This document shows, one piece after another, positions 1 to 9,400 of a DNA stretch of 64,000 nt. The notes under the pieces were generated by a model that ran no database searches, was not told where the DNA came from, and saw only the letters and a program-made list of their open reading frames with translations. How positions within the stretch are numbered: position 1 is the first letter of the stretch; each line of letters starts with the position of its first letter. The translations under genes were made by a program, and so were the position numbers. Source of the DNA: Candidatus Korobacteraceae bacterium (GTDB taxonomy: Bacteria; Acidobacteriota; Terriglobia; Terriglobales; Acidobacteriaceae); contig JBEKBO010000017.1 in the NCBI GenBank assembly GCA_050015355.1, forward strand, positions 359-64,358. Direction: 5' to 3'.

Positions 1-62
1 CCATTCTGGTAGCATTCACGATACACGAACTGGTTGCTAAGAGAAGGTTCAAAGAGGGGGAC

Positions 63-788
63 ATGACTCCAGTAGACAACAAATCACTGGTAGTGGTAAG
101 TGCGCACGCCGCCGATTTCATTTGGCGAGCCGGCGGAGCGATTGCGGTTCATACCAAGCGGCACGGTTACCGGGCGGTTGTGGTCTGCCTGAGCGCGGGC
201 GAGCGCGGCGAGTCGAACGAAGTCTGGGCGGCGGAGCCGAACCTCACCATAGAGGACGTGCGGGAGCGCCGCAAGGTTGAGGCCAGGGCGGCGGCGGAAG
301 TGCTCGGAGCCGAGATCCATTTTTTCGATCAGCAGGACTATCTGCTCTCGCCAAGTTCCAGCATCGTCGAGAGGCTCGTCGACATCTATCGGGACGCGCA
401 GCCGCGTTTCATCCTGACGCATCCTCAGGCAGATCCCGCCAACTGGGATCACGTTACGGCTTGCCGTCTGGCGCTGGAGGCGCGCATGGTGGCTCAGGCG
501 CCGGGGCGGAAGGGCGGCAAGATCATTGCCGCGCCTCAGGTGTATTGCTTTGAGCCGCACCAGACCGAACTCTGTCAATACCGCCCGGATACGCTTCTCG
601 ATATCTCGGAGGTCTGGGAACTCAAGTGGCGCGCGATGCTGTGCATCAAGTCGCAGACCAAGATGTGGCCTTATTACAAGAACGTCGCGGAGCAGCGCGG
701 CAACACCGCGCGGCGGCGGACCGAGCGCAAGATCACGCACGCCGAAGCGTACCAACGGATTTTCCCGAGAACCGTCGAGGAACTCTGA
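63..788 (+). CDS. PIG-L/LmbE-family deacetylase
   Basis: 241-aa ORF. VVSAHAADFxxRAGG near the N-terminus and a later THPQADPANWDH resemble the metal-binding signature of PIG-L/LmbE deacetylases. Confidence 0.7.
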   Translation: MTPVDNKSLVVVSAHAADFIWRAGGAIAVHTKRHGYRAVVVCLSAGERGESNEVWAAEPNLTIEDVRERRKVEARAAAEVLGAEIHFFDQQDYLLSPSSSIVERLVDIYRDAQPRFILTHPQADPANWDHVTACRLALEARMVAQAPGRKGGKIIAAPQVYCFEPHQTELCQYRPDTLLDISEVWELKWRAMLCIKSQTKMWPYYKNVAEQRGNTARRRTERKITHAEAYQRIFPRTVEEL

Positions 789-813
789 GCTGGCAAGTCA
801 CGAAGGCGGGAGC

Positions 814-2118
814 ATGGCAGAAAGCAACGAGAAATACGCGGCCACTGTCGCGGAACAACCGAAGAAGGGGAAGCTGGGTTGGTATTCCGAGCTCTCCGGC
901 CGGGAAAGACTGACCTATTGGGCGTGCTTTGGTGGCCTGGGTCTGGATGCGATGGACACGACCATCTACGCCTTGGTCATGCCGACTTTGATCGCCATCG
1001 TAGGCATCACCAAGCCGCAAGCCGGCATAATTGCTTCGGCCGCCTTGATCGGTTCCGCGGTCGGCGGCTGGCTTGCCGGGATCGCGGCGGACCGCATCGG
1101 GCGCGTGCGCGTGCTGCAGATCACCATCCTGCTGGTGGCGGGCTTCACTTTTCTCTCGGCCTTCACGCATTCCTTCTGGCAGCTTTTCCTGGCGCGAAGC
1201 ATCCAGGGAATCGGCTACGGCGGAGAGGCTGCGGTCGGCGGCGTGCTGATCAGCGAGACCGTGGCTCCCCGCCTTCGCGGACGCGTGGCCGCCTCCGTGC
1301 AGAGCGGGTACGCGATTGGTTACGCGCTTTCCACGGCGATGATGCCGATAATCTTCGGATACTTTTCGCAGGCGATGGCATGGCGGGTGTTCTTCGGTAT
1401 CGGTCTGCTTCCAGCGGTGTTCGTGATGTTCATCCGGCGTTTCGTGCCCGAGTCCACTCTCTATGTTGAATCGCACAAGGAGAAGACGAAGACGGCGCGC
1501 AACTTCTGGGAAATCTTCGTGCCTCCGCATCTGAAGAACACGATCACGGCAACCGTGCTCTCAACCGGCATTCTGGGCGGCGCTTACGTAATGATCACCT
1601 GGCTGCCCACTTATCTTCGAACTGTCTTGCACCTCCGCGTTTCCTCCACTGCCGGCTATCTGGCCCTGAATATCCTGGGCTCTTTCGTCGGCCCGTTCGC
1701 CTACGGCTTCCTGAGCGATTGGATTGGCAGGCGCAAGAGCTTCATGATTTTCCTGTGTTGCCAAGCTACCAACGTGGCGATCTACATGTTTGCGCCCATC
1801 AATGCCGCCACCACGATGGTTCTCGGATTCTTCCTCGGCGCGCTCCAAGGAGGTCTTGCCTCGGGCATGCTGCCCTCATTCTCCGAGCTGTTTCCCACTC
1901 GCATTCGCGCCAGCGGACAAGGTTTTTCGCTGAGCGGCGGCCGCGGTTTCGGCGCCGTGGTTCCGGCGATGGTCGGGGTGCTGGCGGCAACCAGGCCGCT
2001 AGGGCAGGCCATGGGAGTGTGCGCCCTCTCGGCGTATGCCGTGGCGCTCGTCGCCGCTTACCTGCTGCGGGAGACAAAAGGGGCTGATTTGCGGGCTGAA
2101 GCAGCAGTCGGCAAGTGA
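814..2118 (+). CDS. MFS transporter
   Basis: The ORF track gives 526..2118, but the likely start is the ATG at 814 (MAESNEKY), 26 nt after the upstream stop. About 12 hydrophobic segments; an ADRIGRVR motif lies between TM2 and TM3, typical of MFS. Confidence 0.85.
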   Translation: MAESNEKYAATVAEQPKKGKLGWYSELSGRERLTYWACFGGLGLDAMDTTIYALVMPTLIAIVGITKPQAGIIASAALIGSAVGGWLAGIAADRIGRVRVLQITILLVAGFTFLSAFTHSFWQLFLARSIQGIGYGGEAAVGGVLISETVAPRLRGRVAASVQSGYAIGYALSTAMMPIIFGYFSQAMAWRVFFGIGLLPAVFVMFIRRFVPESTLYVESHKEKTKTARNFWEIFVPPHLKNTITATVLSTGILGGAYVMITWLPTYLRTVLHLRVSSTAGYLALNILGSFVGPFAYGFLSDWIGRRKSFMIFLCCQATNVAIYMFAPINAATTMVLGFFLGALQGGLASGMLPSFSELFPTRIRASGQGFSLSGGRGFGAVVPAMVGVLAATRPLGQAMGVCALSAYAVALVAAYLLRETKGADLRAEAAVGK

Positions 2119-2172
2119 TCTGCGGTTGCCGAATGAGGGCGGGCACCGATTGTGTACAGGGAATGAGGTGAC

Positions 2173-3204
2173 ATGGCGAAACATCCATTGCGAGTGCTGG
2201 TGACGGGAGCGGAACTGGTTTCCATCGCAGTCGATAAGCTTTCTTCAATCGGCGCGACCTTGACGATGATGCCGGGCAAGATGACCGAGGAACGACTCAT
2301 CGAAGAGCTTGCCAAGCAACCGGTGCAGGCGATCCTGATGCGCGGAAATCCCCCGGTCAGCCAGGCAGTGTTGGACGCCGCGCCCGAGTTGCGCGTGATT
2401 GCAAAGCACGGAGCCGGCGTCGATTCGGTAGATCTGGCTGCCGCAACCGCGCACGGCGTACTCGTGATGATTGCCGGCGACGCCAATGCCCCCGCAGTGG
2501 CGGAGCTCACCCTTGGGTGCATATTGGCGTTGGGGCGCGACCTTGGTTCGCTTAGCGCTCGTGTCAAGTCGGGCCAGTGGGATCGCGGGAGCTATCACGG
2601 CACGGAGCTGCGGGGCCGCACGCTCGGGCTGATCGGCTTTGGCCGGATCGGGCGGCGCGTGGCAGAGCTGGCTCGATGCTTCGGAATGCGTGTCATTGCC
2701 CTGACTTCCACCCCGACACGCGCAACCAAGGCGCGTGTCGGGGACCCCGGGCGCTCGTCGGAGTCGATCGCTCCGGCGCTCGCGGAAAGAGCAGCAAGCT
2801 TCGAAGCGCTCCTCGCCTCCGCTGACATCGTCAGCCTGCATTGCCCGCTTACTGCCGAAACCCGTGGACTGATGAATCGGAGGGCATTTGCCACGATGAA
2901 GCCGGGAGCTTTGTTCATCAACACCGCCCGTGGAGCACTTGTCGACGAGGCGACTCTGGCGGATGCGCTGACCAGCGGACGGTTGGCGGGAGCCGCTCTT
3001 GACACCCTGACCGAGGAGCCTCCCGCGCCGGGCAATCCGTTGCTGTCGGCTCCGAACCTGATTATCACTCCGCATATCGCGGGGCAGACCGGCGCCGCGG
3101 TGGAGCGCATGGGCGTTGCCGCGGCCGAAAATATCGTCGCCGTGCTTACGGGCGGCGCCGTGGATCGGGCCAATGTCGTCAACCACGGTTTGCTGTCGAG
3201 ATGA
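2173..3204 (+). CDS. D-isomer-specific 2-hydroxyacid dehydrogenase family protein (NAD-binding)
   Basis: 343 aa. GLIGFGRIGRRVA Rossmann motif, then SLHCPLT...NTARG...D...ITPHIAG, typical of the PGDH/GyaR-like family. Confidence 0.85.
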   Translation: MAKHPLRVLVTGAELVSIAVDKLSSIGATLTMMPGKMTEERLIEELAKQPVQAILMRGNPPVSQAVLDAAPELRVIAKHGAGVDSVDLAAATAHGVLVMIAGDANAPAVAELTLGCILALGRDLGSLSARVKSGQWDRGSYHGTELRGRTLGLIGFGRIGRRVAELARCFGMRVIALTSTPTRATKARVGDPGRSSESIAPALAERAASFEALLASADIVSLHCPLTAETRGLMNRRAFATMKPGALFINTARGALVDEATLADALTSGRLAGAALDTLTEEPPAPGNPLLSAPNLIITPHIAGQTGAAVERMGVAAAENIVAVLTGGAVDRANVVNHGLLSR

Positions 3205-3321
3205 CGACCCCACGGCCTGTCGCCGCAGCCTCCCACAGCGGGCGTTGGAATCTCCAGGGAAGGCTGCGTTTACGCAGGAAGAAGGGTTTCTTATTTTTGT
3301 GAACAACAAGGATGGTCATCG

Positions 3322-4338
3322 ATGAGTAAAGCGGGTTATTCGTCTGACGGGCGGCTCAATGTCGCGGTTATCGGGTTGGGCTGGTGGGGAAAAACCATTC
3401 TTGGAGATCTGAAGGACAACTCGAAGGTGCGCGTGACGATGGCGGTCGATGCCGTGCCTGCCGCCGGAGAGTGGGCGCAAGCGCAGGGAGTGAAGTTCAC
3501 GACCGACTACGACGCGGTGCTCGCCGATCCCGCCGTGGGTGCGGTAATTCTCTGCACGCCGCACAGCCTGCACGCCCGGCAGATCGTGGCTGCCGCGATG
3601 GCAAAGAAGCATGTCTTCTGCGAAAAGCCGCTGACCCTCACGCGCTGTGACGCCGTGGCCGCGGTCGAGGCTTGCGAGAACAACAACGTGGTCCTCGGGG
3701 TGGGCCATGAGCACCGCTTCAAGCCCGCGATGCAGGAAGTTTTGCGGGCCGTCAGGGCCGGCGAACTCGGGACTATTCAGGTGACCGAAGCGACTTTGAC
3801 GAATCCGATGAGAGCGATTCCTTCTGGCAATTGGCGCCTCGAAGCGCAGGAACGGCCGGGCGGTACATTGTCCGCCTTGGGAATCCATGGGCTGGATCTC
3901 TCCATTGCGGTCAACGGCCCGGCCAAGAGCGTGCTGGCATACACGGAGTCGCTGATCAGCCCCGTTCAAGACACCCTCGGGTTTCTGATCAACTTCAAAA
4001 GCGGCGCCAAGGGAGTCATCACCTCGGTTGTTGGACCGCCGTTTTCGATTCGTTTCGCGGTCTTTGGCAATAAAGGTTGGATGGAGTTGCACGACAAGGC
4101 CCATCCGCAGGCGCCGCAGGGCTGGACCCTGACTAAGTGCAAGCACGGAGCCCAAGCCGAGCGCGTCGAATACCCTGCAATGTCCATGGTTCGTGCCAAT
4201 GTGGAAGCTTTTGCCGACGCGGTGGCAGGGCGTACTCCTTATCCGGTGACGCACGCCGAGATGGTGGCTAACATCGCCGCCTTCGAAGCCATCGGCAAGT
4301 CAGCCGACAGCGGAGCGATCGTCGCGGTTGTCCCGTAA
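3322..4338 (+). CDS. Gfo/Idh/MocA family oxidoreductase
   Basis: 338 aa. N-terminal VAVIGLGWWGK dinucleotide fold and the conserved FCEKPL motif. Confidence 0.85.
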   Translation: MSKAGYSSDGRLNVAVIGLGWWGKTILGDLKDNSKVRVTMAVDAVPAAGEWAQAQGVKFTTDYDAVLADPAVGAVILCTPHSLHARQIVAAAMAKKHVFCEKPLTLTRCDAVAAVEACENNNVVLGVGHEHRFKPAMQEVLRAVRAGELGTIQVTEATLTNPMRAIPSGNWRLEAQERPGGTLSALGIHGLDLSIAVNGPAKSVLAYTESLISPVQDTLGFLINFKSGAKGVITSVVGPPFSIRFAVFGNKGWMELHDKAHPQAPQGWTLTKCKHGAQAERVEYPAMSMVRANVEAFADAVAGRTPYPVTHAEMVANIAAFEAIGKSADSGAIVAVVP

Positions 4339-4397
4339 AATATGTCAAACGGCCGCGGAAGGCCTGTCTCGGCGAGAACAAGAAAGGGATTTGAAAA

Positions 4398-5351
4398 GTG
4401 AAACACAGAAAGCTGGGGAAATCGGAGCTGCAAGTTTCGGTCGTTGGGCTGGGATGCAACAACTTTGGATTCGTCGCGAACATGGATGTCGAGTCATCGC
4501 GCAAAGTCATCGATAAGGCGATCGAGGTGGGCATCAATTTTTTCGACACGTCGGACAGCTACGGCACCTCGGAAGAGATACTGGGCGAAGTGCTGGGTGA
4601 ACGGCGGAAGAAGATCGTGCTGGCGACCAAGGTGGGAGCGAAGCAGAAGCCCGATGGCGAGAAGAGCGGCGTTTCGCGCAGCTATATTCTGGCCGAGGTG
4701 GAGGAAAGTCTGCGTCGGCTCAGGACCGATTGGATTGACCTTTACCAGATTCACTACCCCGATCCCAAGACTCCGATCGAAGAAACCCTGCGCGCCTTGG
4801 ACGATCTGGTGAAACAAGGGAAAGTCCGCTACATTGGCTGCTCCAACTTCTCAGCCGCTCAACTGAACGAGGCGCAGAAAACCGTCGCGGATAAGAAGCT
4901 CACCAGTCTTGTTTCCAGCCAGGATGAATACAGCCTGTTGGCGCGCACCATCGAGCGCGAGCTGCTGCCGGCGATCGAGCGGCATGGAATGGGAGAGCTT
5001 CCTTACTTTCCGCTGGCGAGTGGGCTGCTTACGGGAAAATACAAGATGGGTCAGCCTGCGCCAACCGGCACACGACTGGAACGGAAACAGGCGTTGGCGG
5101 ATAAGTACCACACTGCCGCTAACCTGGAAAAAGTGGCGCGCCTGGAGCAGTTCGCGACAAAACGCGGCCACACTCTACTGGAGCTGGCATTTAGCTGGCT
5201 ACTCGCGAGACCTGTGGTGGCAAGTGTCATCGCCGGAGCCACCAAGCCAGAACAGATTGAGAAGAACGCCAAAGCCGCGGCGTGGGAGTTGAGCGCCGGG
5301 GAATTGGCGGAGATCGATCGGATCACTCTTGCTGGAGGTCCCGCGCACTAG
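4398..5351 (+). CDS. aldo/keto reductase
   Basis: 317 aa, GTG start. GINFFDTSDSYG, IDLYQIHYPD and YIGCSNF motifs of the AKR superfamily. Confidence 0.9.
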   Translation: MKHRKLGKSELQVSVVGLGCNNFGFVANMDVESSRKVIDKAIEVGINFFDTSDSYGTSEEILGEVLGERRKKIVLATKVGAKQKPDGEKSGVSRSYILAEVEESLRRLRTDWIDLYQIHYPDPKTPIEETLRALDDLVKQGKVRYIGCSNFSAAQLNEAQKTVADKKLTSLVSSQDEYSLLARTIERELLPAIERHGMGELPYFPLASGLLTGKYKMGQPAPTGTRLERKQALADKYHTAANLEKVARLEQFATKRGHTLLELAFSWLLARPVVASVIAGATKPEQIEKNAKAAAWELSAGELAEIDRITLAGGPAH

Positions 5352-5419
5352 GGGTTGCTAGTGTAGTGCGTCAAGCAGATGGGCGTTATTTGAAGGCGGC
5401 TTCGTGCCCTCTTTCGGAT

Positions 5420-5580
5420 GTCATCCTGAGCGAGCCGGGGTCCCCGGCGACGGCCGCTTTTGCCGTTGCTGGGGTGGAGAAGCGAAGGATCTATGCATTT
5501 TTCCTGTGCCGAAATACATAGATTCTTCGCCTCCGCCCGAATAGCTTCTTGCTTCTCAAACGCAACGTGCTCAGAATGAC
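5420..5580. repeat. MITE-like palindromic element, GTCATYCTGAGCG-termini family (copy A)
   Basis: Starts GTCATCCTGAGCG and ends GCTCAGAATGAC (inverted termini). Lies in the convergent gap between the AKR gene and glpD. Contains the GGGGTCCCCG...GCTGGGGTG hairpin module at 5437-5475. Confidence 0.8.
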
Positions 5581-5635
5581 ATCTCCGTTAAGTCATTCGA
5601 CTTGTAACGCACTATCCTAGGTCGATCACCAGTTG

Positions 5636-7297
5636 TTAACCTGCCAACGCCTGCTCGGGCTTCAGGCCGGCCGTGCGCATGGTGCAGGTCAGCTTGAGCG
5701 TATACTCCTGCACCGCCTGCTGGGTCTGCCCGGCCATCCAACCGTGCTCCTGAGCAAGATAAGAGCCCACCAGTGGCGCTGCGGCAATTGCCGAATTCCA
5801 ACTGAACCATTGCAGCCCAATCCGCCGCGCCAGGACGTCTTCGATGGAGGCTGCCATTTCGTAACGAATGCTGTAAACGATCTCCGCCTGGATGCTTGGA
5901 GCGCCTGCCACGATGGGCGCCGCCAGATGCCTGTCCGTCCGCGCCAGTTCGAGAACTTCGACCGCATGGGTCCCGAATTTTTCGCTGAGGTGTTGGGCGG
6001 TGTCCGGGGAGATGTGGAATTTCGGAACCAAGGTGTGCCAAAAAGTTGGTCCGTATCCCTCGGCGCCCGTTAAGCGGAAGTGCTGCGTCTTGCACGGTGA
6101 AACGGCACTCTTCAAGTACTGCTGAACCACATTCACCGCATCCTCGGCCATTGCCCGGTACGTGGTCCACTTACCGCCGAGAACGCTGATGAGTCCGCTG
6201 TCTTGATTCACTTCCACCTCGTGATCTCGAATCAACTTCTTGGTATTGCGCGCATCTCCCGGACTGACCAACGGTCTTAGTCCCGCGATACCGCTCATGA
6301 CCTGATCGATGCTAAAAGGCCGTCTCAAATAACGGTTCAGATGCCTGAGCAAGTACTCCACTTCTTCATGTTTCACCGCCAGTTCATCATCCAGTGCCGC
6401 TTCGTCATCGGTCGTTCCAACCAGAAGCCTGCCCTGCCACGGGATTGCAAAGATCACGCGCCCGTCGTCCGTTTGAGGAATGAGCATCGCATCAAGGCGG
6501 AAGGCCGCCTCCAGGGGAAGCAGAATGTGGATTCCCTTGCTCAGCCGAAGCCGCGGGTGAATGCCGGGATTAGCGAGGCTCCGGACCTGGTCCGAGAATG
6601 GACCTGTGGCATTGACAAAAGCTTTGGCACGCACGGTGAAGCGCTCCTCAGACAATTGGTCTTCCACGTGCGCTTCGCATAGCTTGCCATCTTTGGTTTT
6701 CGCAAAACCGGCGACGCGCGAATAATTGAGCGCGGCTCCTCCGTTCTCGACGAAGGTATTGACGAGCGCAATGCCGTACCTGGCGTCATCGAACTGTCCG
6801 TCTGTATATGCGACAGTCCCCACCAGTCCCGAGGTGTTCAGCATCGGCAGGCGAACCGTGGATTCGTGGACTGAGAGAAAACGGCTAGGGGAAAGCATGC
6901 CTTGCCCGGAAATCCAGTCATAGAGCTTCAGTCCGGCTCTAAAATAATACGCATCGCGGTGGCTGAAGCATGGCACAAGGAGTTCCAGCGGACGAGTGAG
7001 AAACGGGGCATTGTTCAACATCAGCTTGCGTTCACGCAGGGCGCGCCTGACGACACGATATTGGCCGAGATCACAATCCGCAACCGACTGTTGCAGGTAT
7101 CTGACGCCGCCATGCACAAGCTTGGTGGAGGCACTGGAGGTTGCCGAAACAAAGTCGGCGGCGTCCAGCAGAACCGTTCGCAACCCGCGAAGTTCCGCGT
7201 CGAGCGCGCACCCCGCTCCCGTCGCCCCGCCACCGATCACGCAGACATCGAATGTCGTGCTCTTGATATTCTCCATTGCCTCGGAGCGGCTTTTCAT
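5636..7297 (-). CDS. glpD: FAD-dependent glycerol-3-phosphate dehydrogenase
   Basis: FDVCVIGGGATGAGCALDAELRG FAD fold plus STKLVHGGVRYL. Start moved to the ATG at 7297 (MKSRSEAMEN), because the longer ORF (to 7396) runs into the repeated leader element. Confidence 0.9.
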   Translation of the reverse strand: MKSRSEAMENIKSTTFDVCVIGGGATGAGCALDAELRGLRTVLLDAADFVSATSSASTKLVHGGVRYLQQSVADCDLGQYRVVRRALRERKLMLNNAPFLTRPLELLVPCFSHRDAYYFRAGLKLYDWISGQGMLSPSRFLSVHESTVRLPMLNTSGLVGTVAYTDGQFDDARYGIALVNTFVENGGAALNYSRVAGFAKTKDGKLCEAHVEDQLSEERFTVRAKAFVNATGPFSDQVRSLANPGIHPRLRLSKGIHILLPLEAAFRLDAMLIPQTDDGRVIFAIPWQGRLLVGTTDDEAALDDELAVKHEEVEYLLRHLNRYLRRPFSIDQVMSGIAGLRPLVSPGDARNTKKLIRDHEVEVNQDSGLISVLGGKWTTYRAMAEDAVNVVQQYLKSAVSPCKTQHFRLTGAEGYGPTFWHTLVPKFHISPDTAQHLSEKFGTHAVEVLELARTDRHLAAPIVAGAPSIQAEIVYSIRYEMAASIEDVLARRIGLQWFSWNSAIAAAPLVGSYLAQEHGWMAGQTQQAVQEYTLKLTCTMRTAGLKPEQALAG

Positions 7298-7353
7298 CCT
7301 TGGGTCCCCTTTTTCGTCGCAAGTGTGGCAAAGCTTCGTTATCGGGACAAAGC

Positions 7354-7437
7354 AAAAGCCGCCCAAGAGAGGCGGCTTGCATGGGTTGAAATCCATACAG
7401 GAGGCTTCTCTTGGGCGGCTTCTCTAGTCTCTGCCGC
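7354..7437 (-). promoter_or_regulatory. glpD leader copy of an 84-nt element containing an intrinsic terminator
   Basis: Reverse complement of 7759..7842 (82/84 identical by my alignment). In the glpD sense it ends AAGCCGCC-TCTCTTG-GGCGGCTT followed by TTGCTTTG, about 55 nt upstream of the glpD ATG. Confidence 0.7.
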
Positions 7438-7758
7438 GATGTGCAAATAAGTCTACCTTCGAACCGGCAGGCGTAGTCTGTGATGCGCATCACCTGCCGG
7501 CATGCGCGAAGCTCATGTCCGTCTTCGCGGTGCTCCGGAGCCAGACCTTATGAGTATCCCTTTCGCGAAACCGTTGTAGCGAACAGCCATGGTGCCGGGC
7601 GTTCGAGTCCCTTTCGTTTCGGACGTAGGCGCCGCGCGCGCCAAATCAAAAGCGTTATGGAACGAGGCGCCGTGTGTTTCGAGGCGCGCACCTCTTACAG
7701 TGTGATGCTGGTCACAGACACATCGGCTATCCGCGAAGTTAAATGACAATTCAAATTT

Positions 7759-7842
7759 GCGGCAGAGATTAGAGAAGCCGCCCAAGAGAAGCCTCCTGTA
7801 TGGATTTCAACCCATGCAAGCCGCCTCTTTTGGGCGGCTTTT
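7759..7842 (+). promoter_or_regulatory. mgtC/glpP-operon leader copy of the same 84-nt element with an intrinsic terminator
   Basis: Ends AAGCCGCC-TCTTTTG-GGCGGCTT followed by TTCATTT, about 65 nt upstream of the mgtC ATG. Contains two AGAGAAGCC direct repeats. Confidence 0.7.
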
Positions 7843-7906
7843 CATTTCCCTCGTTTCAGTGGCCAGGTGAGCGTCTCTACGCCGTTTGCCGGCAGGAGGG
7901 TCGGAC

Positions 7907-8632
7907 ATGGACATCTTCTTGCATTGGTTGGCGCTGGCGGATCAGCCGCAACACGTGCTGACGCAGTCGATCTTCCGCCTCCTGCTGGCAGCGATTCTTG
8001 GCGGCTGCATCGGGTTTCAGCGCGAGCGGCGCGGCAAGGCCGCCGGCCTGCGGACCAACATGCTGATCTGTGTCGGGTCCGCCACTTTTACCATCCTCTC
8101 GTTATCTCTGGCCAGTACTTTTGGCGGCGACCGCACCCGCATCGCCGCGCAGATCATCTCTGGGATTGGGTTTATCGGCGCCGGCTCCATTCTCCGCGAG
8201 AGGGGAAGCATTACCGGGCTTACGACAGCCGCTACGATGTTTGTTGCCGCCGGGGTTGGAATGGCCGCCGGTGGCGGAATGCCCGTTCTCGCAATGTTTA
8301 CAACCGTGCTTGTCTTGCTGGCACTCAGCGTGTTGGGGAGGTTTGAAACTCAGCGGTTGAAGCTCATCCCCGCGCGCTACAGTCTTGTAGGGAATGATAT
8401 CAAGGACATTATCAGTGTCATCAATACAACGCTCTCTGGCGAACACCGTCTGATCAAGGACATTCGATTGTCATCGAAGGATGGGCACTCGCACGCGCTG
8501 CTGCGGGTGGACGCAACCCAGTTAGAACACGAGCAGATCCTGCGCCAGTTGGAAGCGGCGCCGCGGATTACCCAGTGCGAGCTGCGCACGGGGCCGGCTT
8601 TCGGCAAGGATTCGGAGGGCGACTCGTCATAA
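7907..8632 (+). CDS. MgtC/SapB family membrane protein
   Basis: AAILGGCIGFQRERRGKAAGLRTNMLICVGSA is the MgtC N-terminal signature. The ATG at 7907 is preceded by AGGAGGG at a 6-nt spacing. Confidence 0.85.
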   Translation: MDIFLHWLALADQPQHVLTQSIFRLLLAAILGGCIGFQRERRGKAAGLRTNMLICVGSATFTILSLSLASTFGGDRTRIAAQIISGIGFIGAGSILRERGSITGLTTAATMFVAAGVGMAAGGGMPVLAMFTTVLVLLALSVLGRFETQRLKLIPARYSLVGNDIKDIISVINTTLSGEHRLIKDIRLSSKDGHSHALLRVDATQLEHEQILRQLEAAPRITQCELRTGPAFGKDSEGDSS

Positions 8633-8773
8633 TGGGTCGCGTAGGGTGTTGCTCGGACTCACTGCGGATGGCGTGGGTGCTGTTGCCCAGGGAGATACCT
8701 GTTGCGGTTTACGCCGGGCGGGGTATGATCGAGACGCGAAACATCAAGCTACCGGATTGGAGATGCTGGCGCG

Positions 8774-9400
8774 TTGCAGGCCCGCAAGCTGAAGGACCCT
8801 CCCGGGACGTATCCCGCCGGGACAGGTGAAGTGGTGAAGACACTCGAATCTCTTCTGGAACAGAGTCGCATTATCCCGGCGGTGCGCGACCCGGAACTCT
8901 TGTCGAAGGCGACGGCGGCATCGAGTAAGATTATTTATCTGCTGTGTGGAACGCCTGAGAACATTGGCGAAATGGCGGCGCAGGCAAGTGCCTGTGGCAA
9001 AGTGCCAATTGTAAATCTGGACCTTGTCTCCGGCTTTGCGCGCGACGCCGCCGCGATTGAATTCTTGTCGCGTCGTTGCATACGGGGAATTATTTCCACG
9101 CACCAAGTCCCGCTTCGCGCCGCCCGCGGCTTGGGACTTTTCGCCATACAACGCACATTTCTCCTGGATTCGGCCGCGCTGCAAAGTTCCCTGCGTTCCA
9201 TTGAGCAAGCCCGTCCCGATGCCATCGAGGTGTTGCCTGCGATTGTGGCTCCGTATCTTGTGCGCGAGTTGAATCGTGAACACTCCACACTGCCGGTAAT
9301 TGCCGGAGGCTTAGTACAATCACTCCGTCAGATTCAGGATTTGATAGACCAGGGCGTGAACTCGGTTTCCGTCGGGAACCCCGACTACTGGCTAGTGTGA
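8774..9400 (+). CDS. glpP: glycerol-3-phosphate-responsive antiterminator, GlpP family
   Basis: IIPAVRD..., GIISTH and AIQRTFLLDSAAL...PDAIEVLP...PVIAGG align with B. subtilis GlpP as I recall it (ILPAIR..., AIQRLFLLDSSA..., PDYIEVLP..., PIIAGG). The true start is probably a GTG at 8831 or 8834 rather than the TTG at 8774. Confidence 0.8.
   Translation: MQARKLKDPPGTYPAGTGEVVKTLESLLEQSRIIPAVRDPELLSKATAASSKIIYLLCGTPENIGEMAAQASACGKVPIVNLDLVSGFARDAAAIEFLSRRCIRGIISTHQVPLRAARGLGLFAIQRTFLLDSAALQSSLRSIEQARPDAIEVLPAIVAPYLVRELNREHSTLPVIAGGLVQSLRQIQDLIDQGVNSVSVGNPDYWLV

Noticed and set aside
7298-7396. N-terminal extensions suggested by the longest-ORF track. These affect glpD to 7396, rodA to 33029, thiF-like to 36457, engB to 45889, the SBP from 9435, the MFS from 526, the flavin reductase to 19426 and the LarA-like gene to 24277.
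   Set aside because: The extensions overlap repeats, neighbouring genes or leader elements and lack homology-like sequence. Internal ATG/GTG starts with better Shine-Dalgarno spacing or canonical N-termini were chosen instead.
7438-7758. A tRNA- or tmRNA-like signal (GCGTTCGAGTCCC near 7596-7608, and GGTTCGAAGG on the minus strand near 7460) in the 321-bp centre of the inverted repeat. I considered tmRNA, RNase P RNA or a tRNA.
   Set aside because: I could not build an acceptor stem, an anticodon arm, a GGGG...CCACCA end pairing or a plausible tag ORF ending in Ala-Ala. The RNase P P4 consensus (GAGGAAAGTCC) is absent. The region is strongly self-complementary (for example CCGGCAGG...CCTGCCGG and CGCGAAG...CTTCGCG), but I cannot assign a known RNA family.
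7354-7842. Interpretation of the 84-bp inverted repeats plus centre as an invertible promoter switch (inverton) or a long-TIR MITE.
   Set aside because: No site-specific recombinase or transposase is nearby. Both outward-facing copies make sense as sense-strand leaders with terminators in front of functionally linked genes. The alternative is not excluded; a genome-wide copy count would decide.
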